53,797 nt of DNA, taken from positions 1-53,797 of the forward strand of contig JAMCSP010000026.1 of the NCBI GenBank assembly GCA_023378865.1, in the 5' to 3' direction. The notes below the pieces were generated by a model. It did not search any database, was not told the origin of the DNA, and saw nothing but the letters and a program-made list of their open reading frames with translations. The DNA comes from Candidatus Parvarchaeota archaeon. GTDB taxonomy: Archaea; Nanobdellota; Nanobdellia; Parvarchaeales; Parvarchaeaceae. Made by a program: the position numbers and the translations under genes. Positions 18,837 to 27,948 of this stretch are shown one piece after another. Every line of letters starts with the position of its first letter. The first letter of the stretch is position 1.

Positions 18837-19667
18837 ATGGAAAATGAACAGTATTCGGTAAAAAAACAAAGGGTAGAAGGGGGATTAAGCCTGGAAGCAA
18901 AGGAGGAAATTGCGCTTATAGTAATAAAGGATGCACTGAAAAGATATAATCGGCCAACAGTTGTTTGGAGTGCTGGAAAGGACAGTACCGTGGTTTTGGA
19001 CTTAGTAAGAAGAGCATGCAAGGATCTGGGAATGCAGTTACCTCCTGCATTATTTATAGACCATGGCCAGCATTACGATGAAACCATGAAGATGCTTGAA
19101 GACATAAGCAAGGAATGGGGATTTAAGATGGTATACGCAAAGAACGAAGACGTTATCAAAAACGTAGGAAAGGATAACAAGATAAAGCTTAGCACTCTTA
19201 ACAAAATTAACCAGGAGGAAGCTAAAAGAATAGGGTTCAATGGAGAAGAGTTTGAGTATAGCCTGGAAACAGAAGTCGGTAACCACCTACTGAAAACAGT
19301 TGCAATGAACATGGCAATTGAAAAATACAGATTCGATGCCCTGTTTACTGGTGTTAGGTGGGATGAAAACGAAGCCAGATCTATGGAGGTTTTCATAAGC
19401 CCGAGAACACATCCGGATCATGTGAGGGTGCAGCCTATACTTCCATTTGCTGAGAGAAACGTTTGGGAGTATATATTCAAGTACAACTTGCCAATGCATC
19501 CGTTATATAAACTTGGGTACAGGTCAATAGACGGCAAATTTGATTCAAAGAAGACAAGCGATTTACCTGCATGGGAACAGGATCTTGAACATACCAGGGA
19601 AAGGGCAGGCAGGTCACAAGACAAGGAAGGAGTAATGGAAAAGCTCAGACTTTTCGGCTACATGTGA
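18837..19667 (+). CDS. PAPS-reductase-family PP-loop protein, CysD-like
   Basis: WSAGKDS, FIDHG, GVRWDE and GYRSI motifs. It lacks the C-terminal ECGLH catalytic Cys of CysH and ends ER.GR.QDKE..MEKLRLFGYM. Confidence 0.8.
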   Translation: MENEQYSVKKQRVEGGLSLEAKEEIALIVIKDALKRYNRPTVVWSAGKDSTVVLDLVRRACKDLGMQLPPALFIDHGQHYDETMKMLEDISKEWGFKMVYAKNEDVIKNVGKDNKIKLSTLNKINQEEAKRIGFNGEEFEYSLETEVGNHLLKTVAMNMAIEKYRFDALFTGVRWDENEARSMEVFISPRTHPDHVRVQPILPFAERNVWEYIFKYNLPMHPLYKLGYRSIDGKFDSKKTSDLPAWEQDLEHTRERAGRSQDKEGVMEKLRLFGYM

Positions 19668-19668
19668 A

Positions 19669-20154
19669 ATGGAACAGCAGTTACGCGATATTTTGATGAA
19701 AGGAAATAAATGTTCCGCAGAAGAGTTAGACAAGCTTCTGAATGAAAAATCGCTTTATTATCTGCTGGTAAACACTGCCAGAAACAGCAATTCTTCAATA
19801 AGTATAACTAGAAAGTATGCCAGATTTTATACCGATAATTCTGCAGAATACTGTTTGAATCCGAAGTACTTTGAAAACAACAACAAACTTAGGCGGGCAG
19901 TTTATTCAATTGTTAAAAGCGCTTTTAAGGATTACAGTAGCATGAGAAAGGAAAACATCGAGATACTGTTAAACCATGATTACCAGGCAGATAAAGTTAA
20001 GGAAATAAAAAATGAGCTTGAGGAAGCATATAGCTTAATTGGCACTGATGCAGGCATGTATGAGGTTCCTGTTCTTGGAGATGCCCTCCAATTTTCCGTT
20101 AAAAAACTGTCGGTAAAAGCAATTAAAGACGGTGCACTTACAGAATACATTTAA
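19669..20154 (+). CDS. Hypothetical protein
   Basis: 161-aa ORF starting 1 nt after the upstream stop; no motif recognised. Confidence 0.6.
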   Translation: MEQQLRDILMKGNKCSAEELDKLLNEKSLYYLLVNTARNSNSSISITRKYARFYTDNSAEYCLNPKYFENNNKLRRAVYSIVKSAFKDYSSMRKENIEILLNHDYQADKVKEIKNELEEAYSLIGTDAGMYEVPVLGDALQFSVKKLSVKAIKDGALTEYI

Positions 20155-20204
20155 GCTATTAGGTAATTATAAATATTTAAAGTATCTATTAAAGTAATCA
20201 TTGT

Positions 20205-20303
20205 GGCCTGGTAGCTTAGCCCGGTAGAGCACTGCTCTTATATGAGTATGCTCCAACATTTTAGGAAAAGCAGGGGTCCCGAGTCCAAATCTCGGCCAGG
20301 CCA
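20205..20303 (+). tRNA. tRNA-Ile(TAT) with 25-nt intron at 37/38 (20243-20267)
   Basis: Acceptor GGCCTGG/CCAGGCC, anticodon stem CTGCT/AGCAG, anticodon TAT at 20239-20241, and BHB helix CTTA/TAGG with 3-nt bulges. Confidence 0.88.
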
Positions 20304-20370
20304 ATATTATTCACAAAGTTTAAATAATACTATTGCTCTATTCTTTATCTGTAAAATAAAGGAGGTAAAA

Positions 20371-20697
20371 ATGGGAAAAAATTCTTTAGAAAAAATAGTG
20401 GATGAAATAAAGTCGTTGGATGCAGCGAATTACTCTTTTACCATTGAAAAAGAGCTTTACACTACCTACAATAAATTAGGTGAGAAGGCCGCTTTAGACC
20501 TTGCAGGCAAGATTCTGGAAAATAAGGCAGATTCTATCCTTACATCAAATAACCTTAAAACGATAAGCGGTACTGCAAAGATAATAAGCTATGTAAACTT
20601 GTATAATGAAATAAAAACGATGAGCGCTTCTTATAAGAATGAAGAGAGTAAAACAAGTGAAAACTGGGTTTTTTACTTGGCTAATCACAATAGATAG
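20371..20697 (+). CDS. Hypothetical protein
   Basis: ATG at 20371 follows GGAGGT. The longer ORF-track start lies inside the tRNA. Confidence 0.6.
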   Translation: MGKNSLEKIVDEIKSLDAANYSFTIEKELYTTYNKLGEKAALDLAGKILENKADSILTSNNLKTISGTAKIISYVNLYNEIKTMSASYKNEESKTSENWVFYLANHNR

Positions 20698-20732
20698 GTT
20701 TATAAATAGACCAGTTCTTATACATAAGGTAG

Positions 20733-20812
20733 AGGAATGATGTTAGGGGGTTCTAGTAAGGGTTTATTGTTTGTTCAAACGTTCTCTTATTGGATTTCTA
20801 AACTTCGTTCTT
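20733..20812 (+). ncRNA. Long G-U-rich leader hairpin (candidate cis-regulatory RNA)
   Basis: Nested stems AGGAATGA/TCGTTCTT, TTAGGGG/TTTCTAA, TCTAGTAAGGG/CTCTTATTGGA and GTTT/AAAC. It lies between a TATA box (about 20700) and the SD AAGGAGGA (20813). Confidence 0.6.
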
Positions 20813-20822
20813 AAGGAGGAAT

Positions 20823-20960
20823 ATGGCAAAATTCGAAAGAAGAATGTATAAAGCTGTATGTTCCGATTGTGGGAAAGAGACGGAAGTTCCTTTCCAGCCA
20901 CAAGAGGGCAGACCAGTTTACTGCAGAGACTGCTATAACAAGAGAAAAGGAACACAGTAA
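20823..20960 (+). CDS. CxxC-x17-CxxC zinc-finger mini-protein (45 aa)
   Basis: Hand translation gives MAKFERRMYKAVCSDCGKETEVPFQPQEGRPVYCRDCYNKRKGTQ. Strong SD; shorter than any ORF in the track. Confidence 0.92.
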   Translation: MAKFERRMYKAVCSDCGKETEVPFQPQEGRPVYCRDCYNKRKGTQ

Positions 20961-21014
20961 TTCCTATTTTTAGTTAAATAGCAAAAATTTAAAATTTTTT
21001 TATTTTTTTATTTA

Positions 21015-22445
21015 TTAATCTTCAAACGTTCTAAGCTGCGGAAATGGTATAACTTCCTTTATGCTTTTTGAATCAGTGCCTATCATCTGTAGCCTATCAA
21101 TTCCTATGCCGACTCCTCCTGCGGGTGGCATACCATAACTCATGGCTTCTATGAAGTCCATATCAAATTCCTGCGTTTCATCTATTCCCCTGTTCTTTCT
21201 TTTCGCTTCTTCCTCAAACCTGCTTATCTGGTCCATCGGATCATTTAGTTCTGAAAATGCATTTGCTATCTCCATTCCTGCTATATACAGCTCAAATCTG
21301 TATACAAACCTAGGATCATCAGAAGTTTTCTTTGCCAGAGGGGATACCTCAATTGGAAATCTGGTGACAAATACAGGATCAATTATATTGTCGGATACCT
21401 TTGCCTCAAATATGGCATTTATAGCTTCCCCGTATGAATTTACTTTACTGTCTAGTTGCTTTCCTCTTTTTATTATTTCTTCTTCATTATCTATCCCTGT
21501 ATTTTCCTTTACCATCCCTTCCATTGTTTTTATCTGGAATTTTGACAGGTCTATCATTTTTTCCCCGAATTTGACCTTGTAAGTTTTGTTGGCTGCATAA
21601 ATTGACTCTTTTACTATCTCCTCGGTAAGCTCAAGCATTGTGCTTAAGTCACCATACGCTTGATAAGCCTCCATCATTATAAATTCAGGGTTATGCCTTG
21701 TATCAACGCCCTCGTTCCTGAAGTTTTTGCTTATATCAAAGACTCTTTCAAACCCGCCTACAAGAAGGCGTTTAAGGTAAAGTTCAGATGCTATCTTCAG
21801 GTAAAAATCTCTGTCCAGGGAATTGTAATGCGTTATAAACGGTTTTGCATTTGCACCGCCCGGTATTGGCTGTAATATCGGTACAGTAACCTCTGTATAT
21901 TTTTTATCCTCCATTATTTCCCTTATCTTAGAAAGCATCACGCTTCCTTTCTTTATCTTTTCCAGCGATTCTCTATTTATTATAAAATCCAAGTATCTTT
22001 TTCTGTACCTCTTTTCAGTGTCCTCAAGACCATACCATTTGGATGGTATAGGCAGCAGCGATTTGCTAAGAATTGTTATTTTCCTTGCGTCAATAGATAT
22101 TTCATTTGTTTTAGTTTTTACTATTGTGCCTTTTACTCCTATTATATCTCCAGTATCAAGTTCCTCTGCAATTTTTATTGATTCTTCATCAACATGCTTT
22201 TCTGAAAAGTATATCTGTATGCTGCCTTCCTCATCCTGTATGTCTATGAATTTTATCTTTCCATGATCTCTCTTTGCAATTATCCTTCCTGCTACAGTAG
22301 TTTCCTTCCCTTCAAGCTTTTCAAAGTTCTCCTTTATATCAATGGAATGCAGTTCTACATCGAACCTGCTGCCATAAGGTTCTATGCCCTCTTTTTTCAG
22401 CTTTTCGAGCTTTTCTACTCTTTCCCTGTCAAATTTAAATTCCAT
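21015..22445 (-). CDS. lysS: Lysyl-tRNA synthetase, class II
   Basis: RYRKRYLD, GGANAKPF, FRNEG..RHNPEF and YGMPPAGGVGIGIDRL motifs. Confidence 0.97.
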   Translation of the reverse strand: MEFKFDRERVEKLEKLKKEGIEPYGSRFDVELHSIDIKENFEKLEGKETTVAGRIIAKRDHGKIKFIDIQDEEGSIQIYFSEKHVDEESIKIAEELDTGDIIGVKGTIVKTKTNEISIDARKITILSKSLLPIPSKWYGLEDTEKRYRKRYLDFIINRESLEKIKKGSVMLSKIREIMEDKKYTEVTVPILQPIPGGANAKPFITHYNSLDRDFYLKIASELYLKRLLVGGFERVFDISKNFRNEGVDTRHNPEFIMMEAYQAYGDLSTMLELTEEIVKESIYAANKTYKVKFGEKMIDLSKFQIKTMEGMVKENTGIDNEEEIIKRGKQLDSKVNSYGEAINAIFEAKVSDNIIDPVFVTRFPIEVSPLAKKTSDDPRFVYRFELYIAGMEIANAFSELNDPMDQISRFEEEAKRKNRGIDETQEFDMDFIEAMSYGMPPAGGVGIGIDRLQMIGTDSKSIKEVIPFPQLRTFED

Positions 22446-23691
22446 GGTATTGTACAAACAGTGTTATTAAAAGAGCAAGGCCAACTATCATTGAATAGCC
22501 GAATATCCCCTTTCTTGTGCTTTTATCCTTTGATATCAGCCCTATAAACCCTTTCTCTATTATCGCAGCAAACACTGATATGCCTAAAAGCATTGCAGCG
22601 TAGCTTGCGCTTATTTGGTGGCCTAAGAAAAGAGTACCCAATGCAAATGCAGCACCGACTATATTTGCAAGCGCGGATAAAAACATGTCAACTATAAGTA
22701 GATTTGGCGCTACAACTGCAACTATTCTTGAAACCGAAAGAACTACGAAAAAGACAGCAGCGAATTCCAGTGTTTTTACAAGAGGAAATGGATTATTTGG
22801 CCTTTCTGCTTTTCTGTTTATTTCATCCCTTCCCATCAAATATATCATTAAAAGGCTTATTATTGAAACTGCAGTCACAGGTATCATGTAATAGATGATT
22901 TTGGAGGATAGAGTTACTATATATATTATAAGAAGAGCCTGTATAAGGACCATAGGTATGTTTGCCGCAACTACAACATTGTAGACAACCGTTTTTCCAA
23001 GTTTTTTGAATTTGTTTCCCAGATTTATAAGGGCAAATGTAATAGTCGTGCCAGTTATTAAACTGCCTATTACAGTTGAGACAAGCAGGCCAGATTTTGA
23101 TACTCTAAGAATAGCATATTGAAGGAAAAATACGGTTCCTACCAATGCTACAAGCAGCCAGAACTGGAAAGGATTAAAGAAGCCATAAGGGCCCATGTAT
23201 GTATTTGGAAGCAAAGGCAGGATAACAAAGGATATTATAAGCAGGTTTATCGCTGCAATCATCTCGCTTTTCTTTATCGAAGTTATAAAATAGAGAAATT
23301 CCCTTTTGTAGAAGCTTATTGCAGTTATAAGTATGACTATAACTATTGCGTATTCGTAGTAACCTACCCCTACTAGCATCCCTGATAAAAAAAGTATCAT
23401 TGAACTAATGTATGTCGTTGCACCCGGATTTCTGGTCTTTGCATTCTTTTCAAAGTAAATTGCGCTTGAAAAAGCAATCATAACCGCAAATCCCGTTATT
23501 ATAATGGGAGGATATTTAAAAATCTCGTAAAAGATGGCAAAGATATCACCCAATAACGCTATGAATATTGATGTTCTGAACCCCATGAATATTTTTACGC
23601 CTTTCTGCATCCTATATTCATTTTCAAGTCCAAATACTGCTCCTAATGCTATTGAAAGAACTATGTATTCAAACGTCAAATCTATATTCAT
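22435..23691 (-). CDS. MgtC/SapB-family (DUF4010) membrane protein
   Basis: GAVFGLENE, GFRT, GATT and ILPLLPN...GFFNP motifs; multi-TM. Confidence 0.78.
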   Translation of the reverse strand: MNIDLTFEYIVLSIALGAVFGLENEYRMQKGVKIFMGFRTSIFIALLGDIFAIFYEIFKYPPIIITGFAVMIAFSSAIYFEKNAKTRNPGATTYISSMILFLSGMLVGVGYYEYAIVIVILITAISFYKREFLYFITSIKKSEMIAAINLLIISFVILPLLPNTYMGPYGFFNPFQFWLLVALVGTVFFLQYAILRVSKSGLLVSTVIGSLITGTTITFALINLGNKFKKLGKTVVYNVVVAANIPMVLIQALLIIYIVTLSSKIIYYMIPVTAVSIISLLMIYLMGRDEINRKAERPNNPFPLVKTLEFAAVFFVVLSVSRIVAVVAPNLLIVDMFLSALANIVGAAFALGTLFLGHQISASYAAMLLGISVFAAIIEKGFIGLISKDKSTRKGIFGYSMIVGLALLITLFVQYHGI

Positions 23692-23735
23692 TATTATTCT
23701 AAGAAATAAGTATTAATAAAGTTTGTTTATGTCTT

Positions 23736-24890
23736 TTACTTGTTGTATACTTCTATAAATTTCTCAGCTGCCTTTTCCCATGTAATATTATCAAGTTCTC
23801 TGTATGCGTTTTTTGTAATTTCCTTGTTTGCTTCGCTGTAATCCAGCAATCCGAGTATTAAATCTGCCATTTGTTCTGTGTCCCAAAAATCCACTGTAAG
23901 GGTGTTTCTTATAACTTCGGAAACTCCAGATTGAGATGACACTATTGTCGGGACATTAGAGGCTATCGCTTCCAGTGCCACTATCCCGAAAGGTTCAGAT
24001 ACAGAAGGCATTACAAATACATTTGCAATCGAATACAGCATTTCCATCTCTGCATCCGGAACTCTTCCCAGAAATATCACTTTGTCAGAAAGATCAAGAT
24101 TTATCGACAGGTTTATCAGATTTGAAAGCTCGGGCCCCTCTCCTATTATATAAAGTAAAGCATTGTCATTTTTTTCAGATACTATCTTAAATGCTTTTAT
24201 TAGATTGTCTATTCCCTTTTGTACAGATAGCCTTCCGACATAGAGTACAACTTTCCTGTTGCTGTCTCTTTTTATGCCATTGAATTTTTCTCTGTTTATT
24301 GCATTATATATAACGCTTGTCTTTTTTTCGTCAGCATGGTATAAAGAAATAAGCTCTTCTTTAAGCCTTCTACTTACAGTTACAATGGTATCTGCATTGT
24401 CTATTAACGCTTTCTCTTCCTTTTCTATCCTTTCCCAGGGTTTACCTGCAGTTCTATCATATTCAGTGCTGTGTATCGTTGCTACCAGTTTTTTCCCCGT
24501 TCTTTTTTTTATTTCTATTGCAGCTTTGCCGGTTACCCAGTCATTTGCATGTATAACATCAAACTCTACTTTAGATGAAAGTTCTGCTGCCTTATTTTTA
24601 TACTCTTCAACTTCATTAAAAACATCCCTGTAAAGGCTTTTTTCACTGTCACTGTTCATTCCTTTTTTAGTGCTTAGATCATACATGCTTTCAAAAAGCT
24701 CGCTTTCAAACGTAAGGAAATTTACACCCTCTATCGCAGTATGCTCCTTAAATGGGAGTATTACGTTTACTATTACTCCCTTCTCGGAAAGTGCTTTTAC
24801 AATATTATATGAATGAGTACCTAACCCCCCTACAGAGTGCGGAGGAAACTCCCATCCCAAGAAAAGAACTTTCATGTTATTTTTCTGCAA
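23736..24890 (-). CDS. Glycosyltransferase family 4
   Basis: GWEFPP..GGLG, HANDW, HSTEYDR and PSVSEPFGIVALEA motifs. Confidence 0.92.
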   Translation of the reverse strand: MQKNNMKVLFLGWEFPPHSVGGLGTHSYNIVKALSEKGVIVNVILPFKEHTAIEGVNFLTFESELFESMYDLSTKKGMNSDSEKSLYRDVFNEVEEYKNKAAELSSKVEFDVIHANDWVTGKAAIEIKKRTGKKLVATIHSTEYDRTAGKPWERIEKEEKALIDNADTIVTVSRRLKEELISLYHADEKKTSVIYNAINREKFNGIKRDSNRKVVLYVGRLSVQKGIDNLIKAFKIVSEKNDNALLYIIGEGPELSNLINLSINLDLSDKVIFLGRVPDAEMEMLYSIANVFVMPSVSEPFGIVALEAIASNVPTIVSSQSGVSEVIRNTLTVDFWDTEQMADLILGLLDYSEANKEITKNAYRELDNITWEKAAEKFIEVYNK

Positions 24891-24948
24891 TTTTGTGTGT
24901 TATTACTTAAAATGATATGTTTTTTATTCTTTAAATACAATTAAATTA

Positions 24949-27084
24949 GTGGAAAAGTTAAGTGAGCTCAAGAGCTATATCCCAGAGAAAATATACGAAA
25001 GACTGAAGGAAAAAATAGAATATTTCATGCCCCCTCAGGCAGATGCAGTAAAGAGAGGGCTTTTTACCGGAAAGAACATGGTAGTGTCAGCTCCGACTGC
25101 TTCCGGTAAAACGCTGATAGCAGAGATGGCAATACTAAATTCTTTTCTTTCCGGCAAAAAATCGATTTACCTTGCACCATTGAGAGCGTTAATCTCGGAA
25201 AAGTACGAAGATTTCGTGAAGGAGAACAGAGATGTAAAAGCCATACTATCAATAGGAGATTACAATGAAAAAGATTACAACATAGACAAATACGATGTAA
25301 TCTTTGCTTCGACTGAGAAGTTCGACAGTATAATAAGAAACTCGCTGCATAAAATAGGCAATATAGGCTGCATAGTCTACGATGAAGTGCATTTGTTGTC
25401 TGATATTGGAAGAGGCCCGACTTTGGAATTCCTTGTAACATTGGACAAGCTTCTATTCCCAAACGCCCAGATAATCGGGTTAAGCGCTACTATAGGAAAT
25501 GCGGATGAAATGGCAGAATGGCTAAAGGCTGAGCTTGTAAAGAGCGATTTTAGGCCGGTCAAGCTTTCGAAGAAAAAGTACTTTGAAGGCGAGCTTATAA
25601 ATGGGAACGTGGAAAAAATAAACAGCGGTTATGAAGACCCGCTTTCAAACATAGCTTCGTGGCTTTTTAAGAATAATAAACAGGCTTTGGTTTTTTCTCA
25701 GAACAAAAGAACTGTTGTCGCAAATGCGAAGACTATTGCATCATTGATAGGAAACAAGCTTTCAGAGGATGACAGAAAAGGCCTTCTTTCCATTTCAAAA
25801 GAAGTATTGAATGTGCTTGAAAGGCCTACGACGCAGTGCGAAATACTTAGCGATCTTGTAAAGAGCGGAGTCGCATTCCATCATGCAGGTTTAGTAAACA
25901 AGCAGAGGAAGCTGATTGAAGATAATTTCAAAAAAGGACTTATAAAATTTATAGTAGCTACGCCGACACTGGCGATGGGTGTCAACCTGCCTGCAAATAC
26001 CGTTGTAATAAACTCAATAAGAAGGTACGGGGATTATGGAATGGAACTTTTACCCGCAATAGAAGTGGAGCAAATGATGGGAAGGGCAGGCAGGCCAAAA
26101 TACGATAAAGAGGGAAATGCCATAGTCGTTGCCAGGAATGACAATGATTTGGGTATAATAGAAGAGAAGTACTTCAGCGGAGAACTGGAACCGATAACTT
26201 CCAAATTCAACAGTGAAATAGCGATAAGGAAATATGCTTTAAATCTTTTCTGTCTGGGAATATACGATAAAGAAGACAGTATTCCTAATTTCTTTGATGA
26301 AACCTTTATGCATTTTAGCGGAATAGATGTTTATGATAAGATAGATGACGCAGTTTCATTTTTGGAAGAAAATGATTTTATAAAAGAGGATAAGGGAAAG
26401 ATTGAAGTTACCAGGATGGGCAAGCTTGTAAACTCGCTTTACATAGACCCATTGACAGGCTCATTGTTCATAAAATTTATTGACAGAATAAAGAAGAAGG
26501 AGAAAATTGAAGAGCTTGATCTATTGCATGTAATATTCTGCAGTGAGGAATTCAGAAATATAAGGGTAAATCAAAAGGAATTTCAGAAATATGAGGAAGA
26601 AAGCTATGAGCTTGATCTTTCAGCAGATGAAAACATCGTAGATTACGATCGTTTTATATCGGCAATAAAGATGGCGCATGTTATGCAGGACTGGATTTCA
26701 GAAATGACTGAAAAATACATGGAAGAGGAGTATGGTCTTCTTCCCGGAGAGTTCTACAACATACTTGAGAACACAAAATGGCTTGTTTATTCATTAAGCG
26801 AAATCGGTAAAGTAATGCAGCTAAGAAGAAGAGAAATAAATGAGATGGGTATAAGAATCAAAAATGGGATAAAAGAAGAGCTGATACCATTAGTATCTGT
26901 TCCAGAGATAGGAAGAGTTAGGGCAAGAAAGCTTTATTCAGCAGGCATAACGTCATTAAAAGCATTAAAAGAAGCAGGCATAGAACGCTTAAGCTCTCTG
27001 TTAGGCAGGGGAACTGCACAGAAGGTTTACGCGTATTTGCATAAAAATGAAAACACCCTGCTTGACAGAAAGGTATTTGTTTAA
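24949..27084 (+). CDS. hel308: Ski2-like helicase Hel308
   Basis: APTASGKT, DEVH, LSAT, AFHHAGL, QMMGRAGRP and C-terminal GRVRARKLY motifs. Confidence 0.93.
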   Translation: MEKLSELKSYIPEKIYERLKEKIEYFMPPQADAVKRGLFTGKNMVVSAPTASGKTLIAEMAILNSFLSGKKSIYLAPLRALISEKYEDFVKENRDVKAILSIGDYNEKDYNIDKYDVIFASTEKFDSIIRNSLHKIGNIGCIVYDEVHLLSDIGRGPTLEFLVTLDKLLFPNAQIIGLSATIGNADEMAEWLKAELVKSDFRPVKLSKKKYFEGELINGNVEKINSGYEDPLSNIASWLFKNNKQALVFSQNKRTVVANAKTIASLIGNKLSEDDRKGLLSISKEVLNVLERPTTQCEILSDLVKSGVAFHHAGLVNKQRKLIEDNFKKGLIKFIVATPTLAMGVNLPANTVVINSIRRYGDYGMELLPAIEVEQMMGRAGRPKYDKEGNAIVVARNDNDLGIIEEKYFSGELEPITSKFNSEIAIRKYALNLFCLGIYDKEDSIPNFFDETFMHFSGIDVYDKIDDAVSFLEENDFIKEDKGKIEVTRMGKLVNSLYIDPLTGSLFIKFIDRIKKKEKIEELDLLHVIFCSEEFRNIRVNQKEFQKYEEESYELDLSADENIVDYDRFISAIKMAHVMQDWISEMTEKYMEEEYGLLPGEFYNILENTKWLVYSLSEIGKVMQLRRREINEMGIRIKNGIKEELIPLVSVPEIGRVRARKLYSAGITSLKALKEAGIERLSSLLGRGTAQKVYAYLHKNENTLLDRKVFV

Positions 27085-27103
27085 CCTTTGTTATGAATAG
27101 AAT

Positions 27104-27715
27104 ATGAAAATACTTGCTGCATCAGACATACATGGAGATTTACAGGCCGCAGAGGCCCTTGCAAAGAAGGCAAAGAAGGAAAAAGCCGATTTGATAATAC
27201 TTGCCGGTGACTTATCAATATTTGGAAATGGGCTTGAAGGCTTGCTTAAGCCGTTCAAGGATGCAGACAAGAAAGTTGCATTGATTCCCGGCAATCATGA
27301 CAGCGAAGCTGATATTTTCCTGCTTAAGAAACGCTATCCAGATACAATATACGATTTACATAATTACTCTTTTAAAATCGGAGATGTTGGGTTTTTTGGG
27401 TGCGGATTAGCAAATATAGGCCCAAATGAGCTTTCAGAAGACGAACTTTACAAGAAGATACAGTCCTCTTATAATTACATAAAAAACTCAAAGAAGAAGA
27501 TAATGGTAGTTCATGTTCCTCCTTATAACACTAAACTTGACAATATAGGCAATAACATGAAGGTTGGGAGCACGGCTGTGAGAAGCATGATAGAAAAAAC
27601 AAAGCCAGATGCTTGCATATGCGGGCACATACATGAGACTTTCGGACTGGAAGACAAACTGGGTAAAACAAACATAATAAATGCAGGGCCAAAAGGAAAA
27701 ATAATAGAGATATAG
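27104..27715 (+). CDS. Calcineurin-like metallophosphoesterase
   Basis: SDIHG, AGDL, PGNHD, HVPP and CGHIHE motifs. Confidence 0.92.
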   Translation: MKILAASDIHGDLQAAEALAKKAKKEKADLIILAGDLSIFGNGLEGLLKPFKDADKKVALIPGNHDSEADIFLLKKRYPDTIYDLHNYSFKIGDVGFFGCGLANIGPNELSEDELYKKIQSSYNYIKNSKKKIMVVHVPPYNTKLDNIGNNMKVGSTAVRSMIEKTKPDACICGHIHETFGLEDKLGKTNIINAGPKGKIIEI

Positions 27716-27802
27716 ATTGATAATTTAGGTTAGGTATCAAAGCCGGAATATTATCTTCTACCCCATCAAAAGATAAATATCCTGTAATTCTTAAGATATC
27801 GT

Positions 27803-27894
27803 GGGCCCATAGTCTAGTCCGGATAGGACTGATGGCTTCGAATGCCTCAGTTGGAAGTAACCATCTGACGGGGGTTCAAATCCCCCTGGGCCCT
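27803..27894 (+). tRNA. tRNA-Arg(TCG) with 18-nt intron at 37/38 (27842-27859)
   Basis: Acceptor GGGCCCA/TGGGCCC, stem GATGG/CCATC, anticodon TCG at 27838-27840, and BHB helix CTTC/GAAG. Confidence 0.9.
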
Positions 27895-27948
27895 GCTTTT
27901 TCTCAAACTTAATGTTTTTATATTAGAGTTAATCTTGAATATTCAGAT

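Noticed and set aside
18837-19667. Call as true PAPS/APS reductase (cysH)
   Set aside because: No C-terminal ECG(L/I)H catalytic cysteine and no Fe-S cysteine motifs.
20242-20370. N-terminal extension of ORF 20242-20697
   Set aside because: It overlaps tRNA-Ile; an SD-supported ATG exists at 20371.
20764-20955. 63-aa minus-strand ORF
   Set aside because: It is the shadow of the CxxC-x17-CxxC gene and its leader on the plus strand.
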